A DNA stretch of 64,000 bases from Candidatus Latescibacterota bacterium (GCA_965197905.1 CBDAOB010000004.1:2089175-2153174), one strand, 5' to 3'; positions 25,613 through 36,974 are shown, counted from the first letter of the stretch. A program made the numbers and translations. Notes: generated from the sequence alone by a model not told the origin.

Positions 25613-26155
25613 TTGATAATCCTCGGAATAGACCCCAGCAGCACCAGCACTGGCTTCGGCCTGATCCATTACGATCGAAGAAGGTTTCGGTATCTGAACT
25701 GCGGCACGATCCGAACCAAGACGGGTCAGCCTTTTGACGAACGCTTAGTGACCCTGTACCAGCGAATGGCTGAGATCGTCGCCGAGACTCGCCCGGACGA
25801 GGTTGCGATTGAAAGCACGTTTCATGGCAAAGATCCCAACGCGGTCGCACGCTTGGGAGAAACCCGTGGGGTTCTGTGCTTGGCGGTCAAACAGGCTGCC
25901 TTGCCGCTCGTCAATTACGCGCCCGCAGAGGTGAAGAAAGCCGTAGCTGGAAGTGGTCGGGCAACGAAAGAGCAAGTGCAGTTCATGATAACGAAGCTGC
26001 TGAAGCTGAAGGAAGCCCCGCGACCCTTGGATGCCTCCGATGCGCTCGCCGTGGCTCTGTGCCACGCTCACAACGTGACCTTTCGCCCCCCTTCCGGCGG
26101 ACGGCACCCGAAGCCCGAAATCGAGGCGCTGCTCATGCGCGCAAGCACCCGTTGA
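25613..26155 (+). CDS. ruvC: Holliday junction resolvase RuvC
   Basis: ILGIDP, AIES, EVKKAVAGSGRATKEQVQFM, DASDALAVALCH; TTG start inferred. Confidence 0.93.
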   Translation: MIILGIDPSSTSTGFGLIHYDRRRFRYLNCGTIRTKTGQPFDERLVTLYQRMAEIVAETRPDEVAIESTFHGKDPNAVARLGETRGVLCLAVKQAALPLVNYAPAEVKKAVAGSGRATKEQVQFMITKLLKLKEAPRPLDASDALAVALCHAHNVTFRPPSGGRHPKPEIEALLMRASTR

Positions 26156-26234
26156 CGCGGGAATCCGGCATCGATTCGCAACGGCGTCTCGAAGTCGATC
26201 GTTTCCCCCGAGTTGGCGTCCGGATACCTTCGGA

Positions 26235-26834
26235 ATGATCAAGTCTCTAAAAGGCATATTAGCACAGAAATCGCCAACGTCCGTTGTCCTCGACGTCAAC
26301 GGGGTGGGGTACGGCCTCTCGATTTCGCTCTTTGCGTACGATCAGCTGCCAGCCGAGGGTGAGTGCACCCAGATCCTAACCTACCAATACGTGAGAGAAG
26401 ATCGACTCGAGCTGTTCGGGTTCGTCGACGAGCGCGAGCGCGAGATGTTTGTGCATCTCATTTCAATCTCGGGCATCGGCCCGAACTCCGCGCAAATCAT
26501 CCTGTCGGGGATGTCGTTGGAGGACCTGCAGACGGCAATCGTGAATGAACGCGCCGGCGAATTGACTTCAATCAAAGGTATCGGCCGCAAGACTGCTGAA
26601 CGTATGGTCGTCGAGCTAAAAGACAAGATCCCCGTCGCCCGGAATTCCCAGGTCGAGGACAAAGAAGGAGTGGTCAGCGGCGAGTCAGACGTGGTCGAAG
26701 AAGCTGTTCTCGCGTTGGCCGCACTGGGGATAAATCCAGCGTCCGCGAGATCCGCCGTCCGGGCGGCCATCAAGAGAAACGGCGACGCACAAAACGTGCA
26801 GACGCTGATCAAACGCGCCCTTCAGGAGCGCTGA
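26235..26834 (+). CDS. ruvA: Holliday junction branch migration protein RuvA
   Basis: DVNGVGY, VRED..LFGF, HhH motifs ISGIGP and [12 protein letters not shown]. Confidence 0.94.
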   Translation: MIKSLKGILAQKSPTSVVLDVNGVGYGLSISLFAYDQLPAEGECTQILTYQYVREDRLELFGFVDEREREMFVHLISISGIGPNSAQIILSGMSLEDLQTAIVNERAGELTSIKGIGRKTAERMVVELKDKIPVARNSQVEDKEGVVSGESDVVEEAVLALAALGINPASARSAVRAAIKRNGDAQNVQTLIKRALQER

Positions 26835-26836
26835 CG

Positions 26837-27865
26837 TTGGAAGACCGCATAATCGATCCGAATGCAGACGACGACGATCTGAGATTTGACCGCACCTTGC
26901 GGCCAACCTCTCTCTCCGAGATGCTGGGGCAGGTGCGCATCAAGGAGCAGCTCCGCATTGCCATTGAGGCAGCAAGGCAACGCGGCGAGGCAATGGACCA
27001 TGTGCTGCTCTACGGTCCTCCGGGCTTGGGAAAAACGACCATATCACACGTCATAGCGCGGGAGCTTGCCGTCGATATCCATCCAACATCCGGCCCCCTT
27101 CTGGAACGTCCCGGAGAGCTGGCTGGAATACTAACCAAACTTGGACCGCGGGATGTATTGTTCATCGATGAGGTGCACCGAGTGAACCGGGTGGTCGAGG
27201 AGTATCTCTATTCGGCGATGGAGGACTACCGCATCGACATCATGATCGATCAGGGCCCGCAGGCGCGTTCGGTATCGATTCCCCTCGAACCGTTTACGCT
27301 GATCGGCGCTACAACGCGACAGGCTTTGCTCACCTCGCCGTTGCGGGCGCGCTTTGGTATTACGCTCCATCTCGATTATTACACCGTTGACGAGCTCACG
27401 CAGATAATCCTGCGCGATGCCGAGCTACTCGGATTTGTCGTGGATGCCGACGGCGCACGGGAGATCGCACAACGAGGCAGAGGCACCGCCCGGACGGCCA
27501 AGCGCCTATTGGCTCGCGTTCGAGACTTCGCCCAGGTCAAAGGAGATGGGTCCGTCAATATGAGCACGGTCACCAAAGCGCTGGACATGCTCAATGTAGA
27601 CGCAGTTGGTCTCGACGAGATGGATCTCAAGCTTCTCAGTGCCGTTGTCGACCGGTTCAACGGAGGACCGGTCGGACTCGACAATCTGGCAGCGGTCATC
27701 GGCGAGGAGGCAGAGACGATTTCGGACGTATATGAGCCGTACCTGATCAAGGAGGGGTTCTTGAAACGGACACCCCGAGGCCGGCGAGCGATGACACGGG
27801 CGTATGAGCACCTGGGACGTCCCTTACCCACCGAACAGGACCCCGATCAGCTGGATCTGCTGTGA
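26837..27865 (+). CDS. ruvB: Holliday junction branch migration ATPase RuvB
   Basis: [39 protein letters not shown]. Confidence 0.96.
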   Translation: MEDRIIDPNADDDDLRFDRTLRPTSLSEMLGQVRIKEQLRIAIEAARQRGEAMDHVLLYGPPGLGKTTISHVIARELAVDIHPTSGPLLERPGELAGILTKLGPRDVLFIDEVHRVNRVVEEYLYSAMEDYRIDIMIDQGPQARSVSIPLEPFTLIGATTRQALLTSPLRARFGITLHLDYYTVDELTQIILRDAELLGFVVDADGAREIAQRGRGTARTAKRLLARVRDFAQVKGDGSVNMSTVTKALDMLNVDAVGLDEMDLKLLSAVVDRFNGGPVGLDNLAAVIGEEAETISDVYEPYLIKEGFLKRTPRGRRAMTRAYEHLGRPLPTEQDPDQLDLL

Positions 27866-27927
27866 GATTCGTTTCCATTCGCGGCCGTCCAGGTCGATTA
27901 TCGCCGGGATGGTGACCTGAGGACCCG

Positions 27928-28605
27928 GTGCTCGTACTTGCCCTAGACACCTCCACCCCGAGCGGCAGTGTTTGCCTGCTCGACCGGGACAAAGTCATCG
28001 CCGGACGGCTCTTCGATCCCGGCATTCGGCATTGCCAACGTTTGTTCGTGGAGATCGATGAGCTGTATAAACTGAGCGGCTACGAGGTGGCAAACACGGA
28101 TGCCGTCGCAGCGACCATAGGCCCCGGCTCTTTCACCGGCCTTCGCATCGGACTTGCGGCGGCCAAAGGGATCTGTTTCGCCGCCGACAAACCTCTCGTG
28201 ACTGTTTCAACACTCGAGGTGCTGGCATCACGGTTGCCTTTCTCGCTCTATCCAGTGTGCGCCATGATCGACGCCAGAAAGGATCAAGTGTACGCGGCAA
28301 CCTACGATATGTCGGAGGACTATCCGGTGGAGCTTTCCGCACCACGCGCGGTAGAACCGGATATCCTGATTGGAGAACTGGCGGGGGGGCCGGTAATCTG
28401 CACAGGAAACGGAGCTCACGTGTTTGCCAATTTGCTAGCTGAAAACCCACTCGCAAAACGGTCCCCTCTGCATTGTTCGGGTATGGATGCGTCCGCTACC
28501 GGTTGGCTAGCGATACGCAAGATAGATGCGGGCTTGTTCGCCGACGTGAATTCGGTCGAGCCCCTATACCTGCGGGCTCCCGATGCCCAGGCGCCCCGGG
28601 GTTGA
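27928..28605 (+). CDS. tsaB: tRNA t6A37 biosynthesis protein TsaB
   Basis: LALDTST, GPGSFTGLRIG, IDARK..VY, EPLYLR. Confidence 0.92.
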   Translation: MLVLALDTSTPSGSVCLLDRDKVIAGRLFDPGIRHCQRLFVEIDELYKLSGYEVANTDAVAATIGPGSFTGLRIGLAAAKGICFAADKPLVTVSTLEVLASRLPFSLYPVCAMIDARKDQVYAATYDMSEDYPVELSAPRAVEPDILIGELAGGPVICTGNGAHVFANLLAENPLAKRSPLHCSGMDASATGWLAIRKIDAGLFADVNSVEPLYLRAPDAQAPRG

Positions 28606-29159
28606 ACCATTCGACCGGAACTAAATTGCGCACATTCGATAACCGTTCCACTCACCTTCCCCTGCGACGCCCTGACTCGCCGGAGCCGCCTGAAACACGC
28701 AACAGTTCGCGCCGATGTGTGTTGCCGCTCAACACCAGTCACATCCAATCGGCACTGGCCATTGAACGTCTATCGTTTGAATCGCCGTGGTGTGCGCTCG
28801 ATTTTCAATCGGTTTTCGACGATGCGTGCTCGCTGAGTCTCGGTTTGGAGCTCGACGGCAGCCTGGTAGGATACGCCATCGGCTATCTGGAAGTGCCATC
28901 GTTTCATCTTACCAATTTGGCGGTCGATCCGAGCCACCGCAGGATGGGACATGCCAACGTGCTCGTATGGGGAATCATGGCCCAGGCGATCGAGGCGGGT
29001 TGCGATGTGTGCACGTTGGAGGTGAGGGCATCCAACGAGGGTGCCCAGCGGCTGTACCGCATGCTGGGCTTTGAGGTGGTAGATGTTTGGCGCCGGTTTT
29101 ACACAGCCCCGTCCGAAGACGCCCGCATCATGTATAGAGCTCTGAACCGCCATGGCTGA
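28602..29159 (+). CDS. rimI: Ribosomal-protein-alanine N-acetyltransferase RimI
   Basis: IERLSFESPW, HLTNLAVDPSHRRMG, LEVRASN..A..LY...GF, EDARIM; follows tsaB; start uncertain. Confidence 0.82.
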   Translation: MNHSTGTKLRTFDNRSTHLPLRRPDSPEPPETRNSSRRCVLPLNTSHIQSALAIERLSFESPWCALDFQSVFDDACSLSLGLELDGSLVGYAIGYLEVPSFHLTNLAVDPSHRRMGHANVLVWGIMAQAIEAGCDVCTLEVRASNEGAQRLYRMLGFEVVDVWRRFYTAPSEDARIMYRALNRHG

Positions 29160-30282
29160 TGTCGTACTGCGAGGCCTGAGCAAGACCTACGATGGAGAGA
29201 TTGTCGCCGTCAGCAACGTCGATATCGAAATCGGGCACGGCGAGTTCGTCGTGTTGGTGGGCCCCTCGGGCTGCGGTAAGTCCACGACATTGCGGATGAT
29301 CGCCGGCTTGGAGGAGGTCACCGAGGGCGAGATCCTCATCGATGGCCAAGTCGTAAATGAGGTGCGGCCGAAAGATCGCGACATTGCCATGGTTTTTCAG
29401 AACTATGCCCTTTACCCTCACATGACGGTGTACCAAAACATGGCCTTCGGGCTCAGGCTCAGGAAGTTTGGCAACGATGAGATAGAGCACCGGGTTCAAG
29501 ATGCGGCCGGCATTCTGGGCATAGCCGATCTGTTGGATCGCAGGCCGAAGGAGCTCTCCGGTGGCCAAAGGCAAAGGGTGGCCGTGGGGCGAGCGATTGT
29601 CCGCAAACCCAAGGTGTTTCTGTTCGACGAACCGCTGTCGAATTTGGACGCCAAATTGAGAGTGCAGATGCGGGCGGAAATCAGTAAGCTGCACGCTCAA
29701 ATCGATGCGACCATGATCTACGTAACTCACGACCAGGTGGAAGCGATGACTATGGGTGACCGAATTGTCGTTATGAAGGATGGCATCGTACAGCAAATCG
29801 ACCAGCCACTCCATCTCTACAACCGGCCGACAAACAAATTCGTGGCAGGGTTCATCGGAAATCCGGGTATGAATTTCTTTCGCGGGAAGATTGTCGCGGA
29901 CCACGGAGGCGATCTGGTCTTCGACGATGGTGTGTTGAATCTTCGACTGCCTTCCCAGGTCAAAGGAGCTTTGAAAGCGCGAATCGATCGCGAGGTTATC
30001 CTCGGTATCCGGCCTGAGCACATTCGCAATCCGGAGACGATGGGTCGCGAAGCGCAGGTTGAAACTATCTCGGCTCGCGTCGAGGTGGTGGAACCCATGG
30101 GAAACGACGTATACCTCTATCTGAACACCGGAACTTCCAGTTTTGTCGCGCGCGTCGAGCCCGACCACCTTCCCGACGTGCACGATGAAGTCAGTTTGGC
30201 CGTGGCTGTGGACAAGATTCACTATTTCGACGAGACCAGCGAGGTCAACGTCGCATTAGACCTGGAAGAGGTCCGATCTTGA
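29152..30282 (+). CDS. Sugar ABC transporter ATP-binding protein (MalK/MsmX/UgpC type)
   Basis: GPSGCGKST, RDIAMVFQNYALYPHM, LSGGQRQR, DEPLSNLDAKLR, C-terminal TOBE domain. Confidence 0.9.
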   Translation: MADVVLRGLSKTYDGEIVAVSNVDIEIGHGEFVVLVGPSGCGKSTTLRMIAGLEEVTEGEILIDGQVVNEVRPKDRDIAMVFQNYALYPHMTVYQNMAFGLRLRKFGNDEIEHRVQDAAGILGIADLLDRRPKELSGGQRQRVAVGRAIVRKPKVFLFDEPLSNLDAKLRVQMRAEISKLHAQIDATMIYVTHDQVEAMTMGDRIVVMKDGIVQQIDQPLHLYNRPTNKFVAGFIGNPGMNFFRGKIVADHGGDLVFDDGVLNLRLPSQVKGALKARIDREVILGIRPEHIRNPETMGREAQVETISARVEVVEPMGNDVYLYLNTGTSSFVARVEPDHLPDVHDEVSLAVAVDKIHYFDETSEVNVALDLEEVRS

Positions 30283-30291
30283 GTAAGCTCG

Positions 30292-31371
30292 ATGTCGCTC
30301 GCTAATGTCCCAGGCCAAGAGGGCGCAAAAACCCTTGCCGCGGCCTGGCTGCGAAACCAGCGCATACCCCACTCAATACTGATCAAGGGACCTGCCGGCA
30401 CTTCGAAACGCACACTCGCAATGGAAGTTGCCAAGGCCGTCAACTGCGCCCAACCGGGCAACGGTGCTTGCGATTCGTGCGCCTCATGCCGCAAGATCGA
30501 CAGCCTGGTACATCCGGATGTGCACGCGTTGATGCCGTTGGTAGCCGGCAGCAAGAAGAGCGGCGACGCAAGAGATCAGATGAGGTCGGAGGTGATGGGG
30601 TATCTAAACGACCATACAACCCTCGCGGTGAGCAACGTGAATATCGCGCGGGATCATCTGCTAAACCTTCAACGGGAGATCTACTTCGCCCCTACGGTGG
30701 GAAACCGGAAAATAGGAATTGTCTTCGAAGCTGACCGGATGCATCCCGCTGGTTCCAATGCCCTACTAAAGACACTCGAAGAACCTCCGAATCGTGCGCT
30801 CCTCATTCTGGTATCGACGTTCCCGGAGCGTCTATTGCCTACTATTCGGTCTCGCTGCCAGAATATGGTGACCCACGCTCTTGGCAGGGAAGAGCTGGAA
30901 GAGCATTTGCGTCCTTTAAAACTTGCTCCAGATCGTTTGGAACTAACCCTGCGTTTGGCAGACGGAAACCTGCACCGCGCCAACCACGTTGCCACAGGGA
31001 GCATCGACGCAACACGTACGCGGGTGGAGAACTTTCTGCTGTCAGCCTGCAAGAAGGAGGACAAAGAATTCTGGCGACTGACGGCGGAAATCGGGGTCAA
31101 AGCGGAGCGCCAGGAACTGGAGCGTTTTTTGGAAACCTGCTCCCAGTACTTGAGGGATCTGTTCCTGATCAAATACGGTCGCGAGCATCTGGCGCGGCAC
31201 ATCGACCGGAGCGAATTCTTGCACCTGGTGGATTGCCTCACACCTGAGATGCTGGAAACTGTAGCTGCGGAGGTGGACCAAGCCTTCCAGAACATAACGC
31301 AGAACGTTGCCCCCTCTCTGGCCTTGGTTGACCTCTGGCGTCGCCTTGGTCCACGGGAAGTTTCCCGCTGA
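30292..31371 (+). CDS. holB: DNA polymerase III subunit delta'
   Basis: ACDSCASC zinc motif, HPDV, NALLKTLEEPP, LLPTIRSRC. Confidence 0.88.
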   Translation: MSLANVPGQEGAKTLAAAWLRNQRIPHSILIKGPAGTSKRTLAMEVAKAVNCAQPGNGACDSCASCRKIDSLVHPDVHALMPLVAGSKKSGDARDQMRSEVMGYLNDHTTLAVSNVNIARDHLLNLQREIYFAPTVGNRKIGIVFEADRMHPAGSNALLKTLEEPPNRALLILVSTFPERLLPTIRSRCQNMVTHALGREELEEHLRPLKLAPDRLELTLRLADGNLHRANHVATGSIDATRTRVENFLLSACKKEDKEFWRLTAEIGVKAERQELERFLETCSQYLRDLFLIKYGREHLARHIDRSEFLHLVDCLTPEMLETVAAEVDQAFQNITQNVAPSLALVDLWRRLGPREVSR

Positions 31372-32207
31372 TGCACCGACCACCGCCACTAAAAAGGTAC
31401 GGTCAACACTTTCTCAGCGATGGCACGGTCATCGAGAAGATCGTTCGTATCGTGTCGCCCGGTGCAGATGATTTACTGCTCGAAGTCGGTCCCGGAAGGG
31501 GGGCGCTCACCAAACGCCTGGTGGAGATCGCGGGACCGATCGCGGCCGTGGAGATAGACGAACAATTGTCGGCACTCTTGCAGGAGCGCTTCGCCGCCAA
31601 CGACGTAAGCCTTCTCAACGCTGACATTCTTCAGGCGGATTTTCGCCGTATCCTCAGTGAAGGCGGAAAGAAACTCCTGTATGTCGTCGGCAATCTGCCC
31701 TACAATATTACGGCGCCGTTGTTGTTCAAGCTGCTCGACAACGCCGAGCTCATCAATCGGTCGTTGCTGATGGTACAGCGGGAGGTGGCCGAGCGTCTGG
31801 TCGCGACGCCCGGAAGCAAGGCGTACGGCGTCTTGTCCGTGTTGTTGGGCTTACGCGCCGATGTAAACATTCGAATTCGGGTGAATCGGCGCGCGTTCAA
31901 GCCGATTCCCAAGGTCGATTCGGCCGTGGTGGAGATTGATTTTCTCCGAACACCCCGATACGAGATTCACGACGTTGGAGGGTTGCACCGGCTCGTTCGA
32001 GCCTGCTTCGGGCAACGGCGCAAGATGTTGCGCAATTCGCTGCTCGCCATGAGTGTCGCGCACCCCGAGGTTTCGCTGGAGGAGATCGTCGCGCCAACAG
32101 GAATCGAGCTTTCGCGACGCCCGGAAAGCCTCGCGCTGGCGGAGTTTGCCGAACTCTCAAATGCATTCTCCGCCGCGCGGGGTGCCACCGCGAATACGCG
32201 GTGCTGA
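31371..32207 (+). CDS. rsmA: 16S rRNA m6,2A1518/1519 dimethyltransferase
   Basis: GQHFL, LEVGPGRGALT, VGNLPYNI, MVQREVAERL, PKVDSAVV, FGQRRKMLRNSL. Confidence 0.94.
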   Translation: MHRPPPLKRYGQHFLSDGTVIEKIVRIVSPGADDLLLEVGPGRGALTKRLVEIAGPIAAVEIDEQLSALLQERFAANDVSLLNADILQADFRRILSEGGKKLLYVVGNLPYNITAPLLFKLLDNAELINRSLLMVQREVAERLVATPGSKAYGVLSVLLGLRADVNIRIRVNRRAFKPIPKVDSAVVEIDFLRTPRYEIHDVGGLHRLVRACFGQRRKMLRNSLLAMSVAHPEVSLEEIVAPTGIELSRRPESLALAEFAELSNAFSAARGATANTRC

Positions 32208-32208
32208 T

Positions 32209-34140
32209 GTGGTCATTCGGTGCAGGCTGTTCGCCGTGGCGTTCGCGACCTTGCTGACGAGCACGGTGTGGGGATCGCAGTATACCTTACGCTTCAACAA
32301 GACGAGCTCGCGGATGAGCTGGAACCATCGACTTCCCAGCTGGCAATATTCGATTCCGGTGCGCTCCATAGCTGGACCTGATTCAACGACAGCTCTGCGC
32401 GTGTCGACGTCGGCGAGCCTGAGCTACATCCTGGACGAACGGAACGACGTCAAGACCTGGCAGGACAGAGGTCTAGTCAACTGGTCAGTCAACTATCCAG
32501 TATTGGGTTCAAAGGCGGAAGTCGGGGTCTCGGGGAACGTGGAAACCCGCAATGCCACGCTTCAGAAGCAGAAGATCCGCAACCAGACCTACGGTGCTCG
32601 TCTTCAATACAAACCGTTGGACAAGGGTGTGTTTCGAACGCTGCGGGCGCACGTCGCTCCTGGACTCATAACCGCGAGCCGCGTTAGCCGAGCCAAGCTA
32701 GATAGCACGATTCAGGAGCGCGGTGTTCAATACGACGCCCAGATCAGTACCGATCCAGTATTTCGAGTCCGGGGACGGAAACTAAATACTTCGATGCGTT
32801 TGACGAAGAGGGACAATACCCTCGAGAACAACAAGGATTTGAGTGAAACGCTATCCCTAAATATGGGGTACAAGTTACCACGCAATGCAAATGCAAGCCT
32901 CGCAGTCAGCGAATCTCGTACCGAACGCGGCGTAACCCGTTCGGTCGTCGAGGCCGACGCCAACCGTTTCGGGGTGACTGACACGACCATAACAGCTGAC
33001 ATCGCGGCCACGCGAAACAGTTCAATTACATCCAAAGCCGATTTCAAAGTCATGAGTTTCAAGCTCGACACGAAGTTATCTTACATCGAGAACTTGAACA
33101 CCAACACCGCCAGTGATTCGGAAGACACCGGCAATAGATATTTCGGCACCGACCGCGAGAGCAAGCAGTGGCGTCTAGGTACCAACGTTTCCGGCAGGTT
33201 GATCGATCAGCTGGTTGTGCGGACCTCAATCAACCACAAGGTCAGGGATCAGCGATTCCTCCCGGTAGAGTTCCGAGACGGCAGAAGGCATCGCGACGAC
33301 AGTGAAGATCGGAGGGATCGCGACCTTGCCGTAAACGCGTCTCTCGATTGGCAAGTGCGGACCAAACATACGTTGAAATTTTCGAGCCAGGTTCGTTCGA
33401 TTCGCGACAAAAATCCGGGCTCCCCGAAACAGAACAGAGATACCTTTCGCAACACCTCCGCTTTTTCGTACTCGGGGACCTACGCTAGTGGACTTCAGTT
33501 GACGGTGGGTGTCGGATCCAGTTTCTATCATCGCGTCAATCTGCACGCCAGCCGCTCGAGCGACAACTCGCGCAATCGCGATCTCAATCTTGACATCAAC
33601 ACCCGTTACGAGCGTCTGGGGGCCAGCATTACCCACACTTTTGGCGTTTCGGCCAGACGAACCATATACGACTTCGACCGCCAGGTAAATTCGCGGGATT
33701 CCGATCGCAGGAGCAACATCCGGAGAGGGTGGAGTATGCGCCACACAATCCAGCGCCGATTCACCTCCGCGCTCCAGGTCAACTCGAGCTACGCCTACAA
33801 GGCCGATGATTTCGGTCGCTTCATAGTCGAGGACAACGCTCAGATCGTAGAGGAAGACAACAGCGACCACACGGCCAGCTGTGGCGTTTTGTACCGCCCC
33901 AACAAGGCGTTTTCCGTAGCTACAAATTACACCTACAGGTTGGACAGGCAGTGGGACCATGTGTATGACAATTTTCGCGAGTTCCGATCGTTGGTGATCC
34001 GCAACAAACACGAAAACCTGAGTGTCACTTTCGATTACAAACCGACGAGGGATTCGACCTTGAACTTTCGAAGTAGCCGATCGCGGCAGCTGAGCGGCAC
34101 CTTCGATAGTTTCAACATTGGCTACGTGAGAACCATCTGA
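32209..34140 (+). CDS. Hypothetical exported protein, probable large outer-membrane beta-barrel
   Basis: Signal-like N-terminus from GTG 32209; alternating amphipathic strand pattern rich in S/T/N/R/Y; ends FNIGYVRTI. Confidence 0.55.
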   Translation: MVIRCRLFAVAFATLLTSTVWGSQYTLRFNKTSSRMSWNHRLPSWQYSIPVRSIAGPDSTTALRVSTSASLSYILDERNDVKTWQDRGLVNWSVNYPVLGSKAEVGVSGNVETRNATLQKQKIRNQTYGARLQYKPLDKGVFRTLRAHVAPGLITASRVSRAKLDSTIQERGVQYDAQISTDPVFRVRGRKLNTSMRLTKRDNTLENNKDLSETLSLNMGYKLPRNANASLAVSESRTERGVTRSVVEADANRFGVTDTTITADIAATRNSSITSKADFKVMSFKLDTKLSYIENLNTNTASDSEDTGNRYFGTDRESKQWRLGTNVSGRLIDQLVVRTSINHKVRDQRFLPVEFRDGRRHRDDSEDRRDRDLAVNASLDWQVRTKHTLKFSSQVRSIRDKNPGSPKQNRDTFRNTSAFSYSGTYASGLQLTVGVGSSFYHRVNLHASRSSDNSRNRDLNLDINTRYERLGASITHTFGVSARRTIYDFDRQVNSRDSDRRSNIRRGWSMRHTIQRRFTSALQVNSSYAYKADDFGRFIVEDNAQIVEEDNSDHTASCGVLYRPNKAFSVATNYTYRLDRQWDHVYDNFREFRSLVIRNKHENLSVTFDYKPTRDSTLNFRSSRSRQLSGTFDSFNIGYVRTI

Positions 34141-34164
34141 ATCAATAATAGGAGATGCTGATCG

Positions 34165-35085
34165 ATGGCGATGGCTCAATCGGACAAGATCTGGTTTAAT
34201 GGTGAATTGATAGATTGGAACGATGCAAAGATTCACGTTCTCTCGCATGTCGTGCACTACGGGTCCAGCGTTTTTGAAGGGATTCGCTGTTATCGCACGA
34301 AAAGAGGGCCGGCGGTTTTTCGCCTAGACGACCACATGGGCAGACTCTATGACTCAGCCAAGATTTATCGAATGAATATTCCGTACGAAATCGACGAATT
34401 GCGCAACGCCGTTCTCGAGACTATTCGCATAAATAATCTGGAAGCGTGTTATGTGCGCCCGGTCGTGTTCAGGGGTTACGGAGCGATAGGCGTCTTGCCC
34501 TTCGATGCTCCGATCGATACGGCTATTGCCGTATGGGAGTGGGGGCAGTATCTGGGTGAGGAGGCGGTGGAAAAGGGAGTCTCCGTGTGTACGTCATCCT
34601 GGAACAGGATGGCGCCAAACACCATCCCCTTCCTCGCCAAGGCGGGAGGAAACTATCTCAATTCGCAGCTGGTGAAAATGGAGGCGAACCTGGACGGCTA
34701 CGACGAAGGCATTGTACTGGGCACCGACGGATTGGTCAGCGAGGGGAGCGGGGAGAATATCTTTGCCATCAAAAACGACAGCATCTACACTCCGTCATCG
34801 AGCTTTTCCATTCTCCCGGGCATTACCCGCCACAGCGCTATAACGCTGGCAAAGGACATGGGGTTCAAGGTAGAACAGCGGCCTATCCCCAGGGAATTTC
34901 TGTATTTAGCGGATGAATTGTTTTTTACTGGAACGGCCGCCGAGATAACCCCGATTCGCGCCGTTGACAAGATACCTATCGGCAGCGGTAAACGGGGTCC
35001 GATCACGAGCAAGTTACAGGAAGCCTTTTTCGCGATCACCAACGGCGACCAGGACGATCGTCATGGTTGGCTGACCCACGTCTGA
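34165..35085 (+). CDS. ilvE: Branched-chain amino acid aminotransferase
   Basis: [47 protein letters not shown]. Confidence 0.95.
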   Translation: MAMAQSDKIWFNGELIDWNDAKIHVLSHVVHYGSSVFEGIRCYRTKRGPAVFRLDDHMGRLYDSAKIYRMNIPYEIDELRNAVLETIRINNLEACYVRPVVFRGYGAIGVLPFDAPIDTAIAVWEWGQYLGEEAVEKGVSVCTSSWNRMAPNTIPFLAKAGGNYLNSQLVKMEANLDGYDEGIVLGTDGLVSEGSGENIFAIKNDSIYTPSSSFSILPGITRHSAITLAKDMGFKVEQRPIPREFLYLADELFFTGTAAEITPIRAVDKIPIGSGKRGPITSKLQEAFFAITNGDQDDRHGWLTHV

Positions 35086-35099
35086 CGAAGGAGATCACC

Positions 35100-36947
35100 A
35101 TGAATTTTCGCCGTTTTGCCGGCATGCTAATCGCGTTCGTATCGGCGATGTTGTCCTGGGACCTCGAGACTGTTTCCGCGGAGTCGGAGTGGGAAACGGT
35201 TCAGGGGACACTGAAGATCACGCGCGATAATATTGTGCTGGACGGCACGACCAGTGCTCCGCTCCGGTACGAAGGCACTGATTCTCCCCAAAGCGGGGAT
35301 TGGATGGTGCGTCACACGTTATCCGATCCGGAGAATCTGAATCCGTATACCTCGAGTGATGCTGGTGCCAGCCGGATCATGGGATACATCTTCGAGAGTC
35401 TGCTGTATGCCGAACCGGACCCGCCATTCGCGCTCAAAGGACACCTGGCAACCGGTTATCCTGCCATTTCCGATGACCGACTCTCTTACCTCTTTGAGAT
35501 ACGGTCTGACGCCGTATTCGCGGACGGAGAGCCGGTGACGGTGGACGATGTGCTTTTCAGTATGAAGGTAATCAAGAATCCCGTGGTTTTGGCGCCTCAT
35601 CTGCGCAACTACTTCTCGGCGGTCAAAGATGTCAGGATCGAAGCGGGGAGTAAGATCAGATTCGTTTGCGACGAACCTTATTTCCGAAACGACCTGGTGC
35701 TCGGAACATTCGAGGTATTACCGAGGCATTTCTACGATCCAGATGGACTCTTGGAACCAGTGATGATGAAGAGCCTTGTCGACGGCTCGTGGGAAACGGG
35801 CGAGCACGCAGAACGAGTCAGAAAGTTCGCCGAGCAGTTCAATCAAAATTTTAACCGCAAAGTGCTAGGTTCGGGCCCGTACGGCATCGAAAATCCCGAG
35901 ACCGACATCGTCACCCAACAGAAGGTGGTTTTGACCCGCAGTTCGAATCATTGGGCCACGGGAAAGGAATCTCTACCATCTTCCGGTTACGTAGACAAGC
36001 TAGTGTTCAAGGTAATCAACAATATGGATGCGGCATTCGTAGAGCTGACTAACGGAAACCTCGACCTGTATGTGCTGCAGCCTCTCGAGTTCAAGGAAAA
36101 GAGTTGGTCGAAGGGTTTTACCGATCGTTTCTTGAAAGGCATCGCATACGGCAGCGGGTACACCTACATAGGATGGAACAATGCGCATGCCATTTTTCGC
36201 GATCCGCTCGTGCGCAAGGCCATGACACATCTTACCAACAAAGAAGCGATGGTAACCAATCTTCTTTTCAGTCTCGGGGAGCCAGTTCTAAGCCCCATCC
36301 ACAAGTTTCGCCCGGAATACAACCTCGACCTGGAAACCATTCCGTACGATCCAGACAAAGCCTTGGATCTTCTCGAGGAAGCAGGCTGGGATGATATGGA
36401 CGGCGACGGCGTGTTGGACAAGGAAATCGATGGCACGCGCGTGCCTTTCAAGTTCGAATTTCTGGTGAACTCCGGAAACCAAATCCGCAAGGATATCGCG
36501 CTGATCATGCAGGACGAACTTGCGGATATCGGCATTGTCTGCGAAGTCCGGGAACTGGACTGGTCGATTTTTCTACAACGGGTCAAAAGCAAGGACTTTG
36601 CTGCTGTAACGCTGGGGTGGACGGGCAGCCTGCGTTTTCCGCCGGATGGATACCAGATCTGGCACTCCTCGCAAGCAGCGGGTAATGGTTCGAATTTCAT
36701 CAGCTTCAGCAACGCAGAAGTAGACGAGATCCTAGAACAATATCGTCGGGAGTTTGACTTGGACAAACGGATTCTGCTCTACAAGCGGTTTCAGGAAATA
36801 CTTCATGGTGAACAGCCATATACCTTCTTGTGGAAGGGTCGGTCAGCGACGGCCTACAGTCGTAGATTCAAAGGTGTGAATTGGTATCCCGCGGGTCCGC
36901 AAACGAGAGAGTGGTGGGTTGGTGTGGAAGATCAACTATACCGGTAG
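35100..36947 (+). CDS. Peptide ABC transporter substrate-binding protein (SBP family 5)
   Basis: DPENLNP, FADGEPVTVDDVLFS, GSGPY, VRKAM, YDPDKALDLLEEAGW, EQPYTFL. Confidence 0.88.
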   Translation: MNFRRFAGMLIAFVSAMLSWDLETVSAESEWETVQGTLKITRDNIVLDGTTSAPLRYEGTDSPQSGDWMVRHTLSDPENLNPYTSSDAGASRIMGYIFESLLYAEPDPPFALKGHLATGYPAISDDRLSYLFEIRSDAVFADGEPVTVDDVLFSMKVIKNPVVLAPHLRNYFSAVKDVRIEAGSKIRFVCDEPYFRNDLVLGTFEVLPRHFYDPDGLLEPVMMKSLVDGSWETGEHAERVRKFAEQFNQNFNRKVLGSGPYGIENPETDIVTQQKVVLTRSSNHWATGKESLPSSGYVDKLVFKVINNMDAAFVELTNGNLDLYVLQPLEFKEKSWSKGFTDRFLKGIAYGSGYTYIGWNNAHAIFRDPLVRKAMTHLTNKEAMVTNLLFSLGEPVLSPIHKFRPEYNLDLETIPYDPDKALDLLEEAGWDDMDGDGVLDKEIDGTRVPFKFEFLVNSGNQIRKDIALIMQDELADIGIVCEVRELDWSIFLQRVKSKDFAAVTLGWTGSLRFPPDGYQIWHSSQAAGNGSNFISFSNAEVDEILEQYRREFDLDKRILLYKRFQEILHGEQPYTFLWKGRSATAYSRRFKGVNWYPAGPQTREWWVGVEDQLYR

Positions 36948-36974
36948 CATCTGATTGCACCAATATTGACATAG

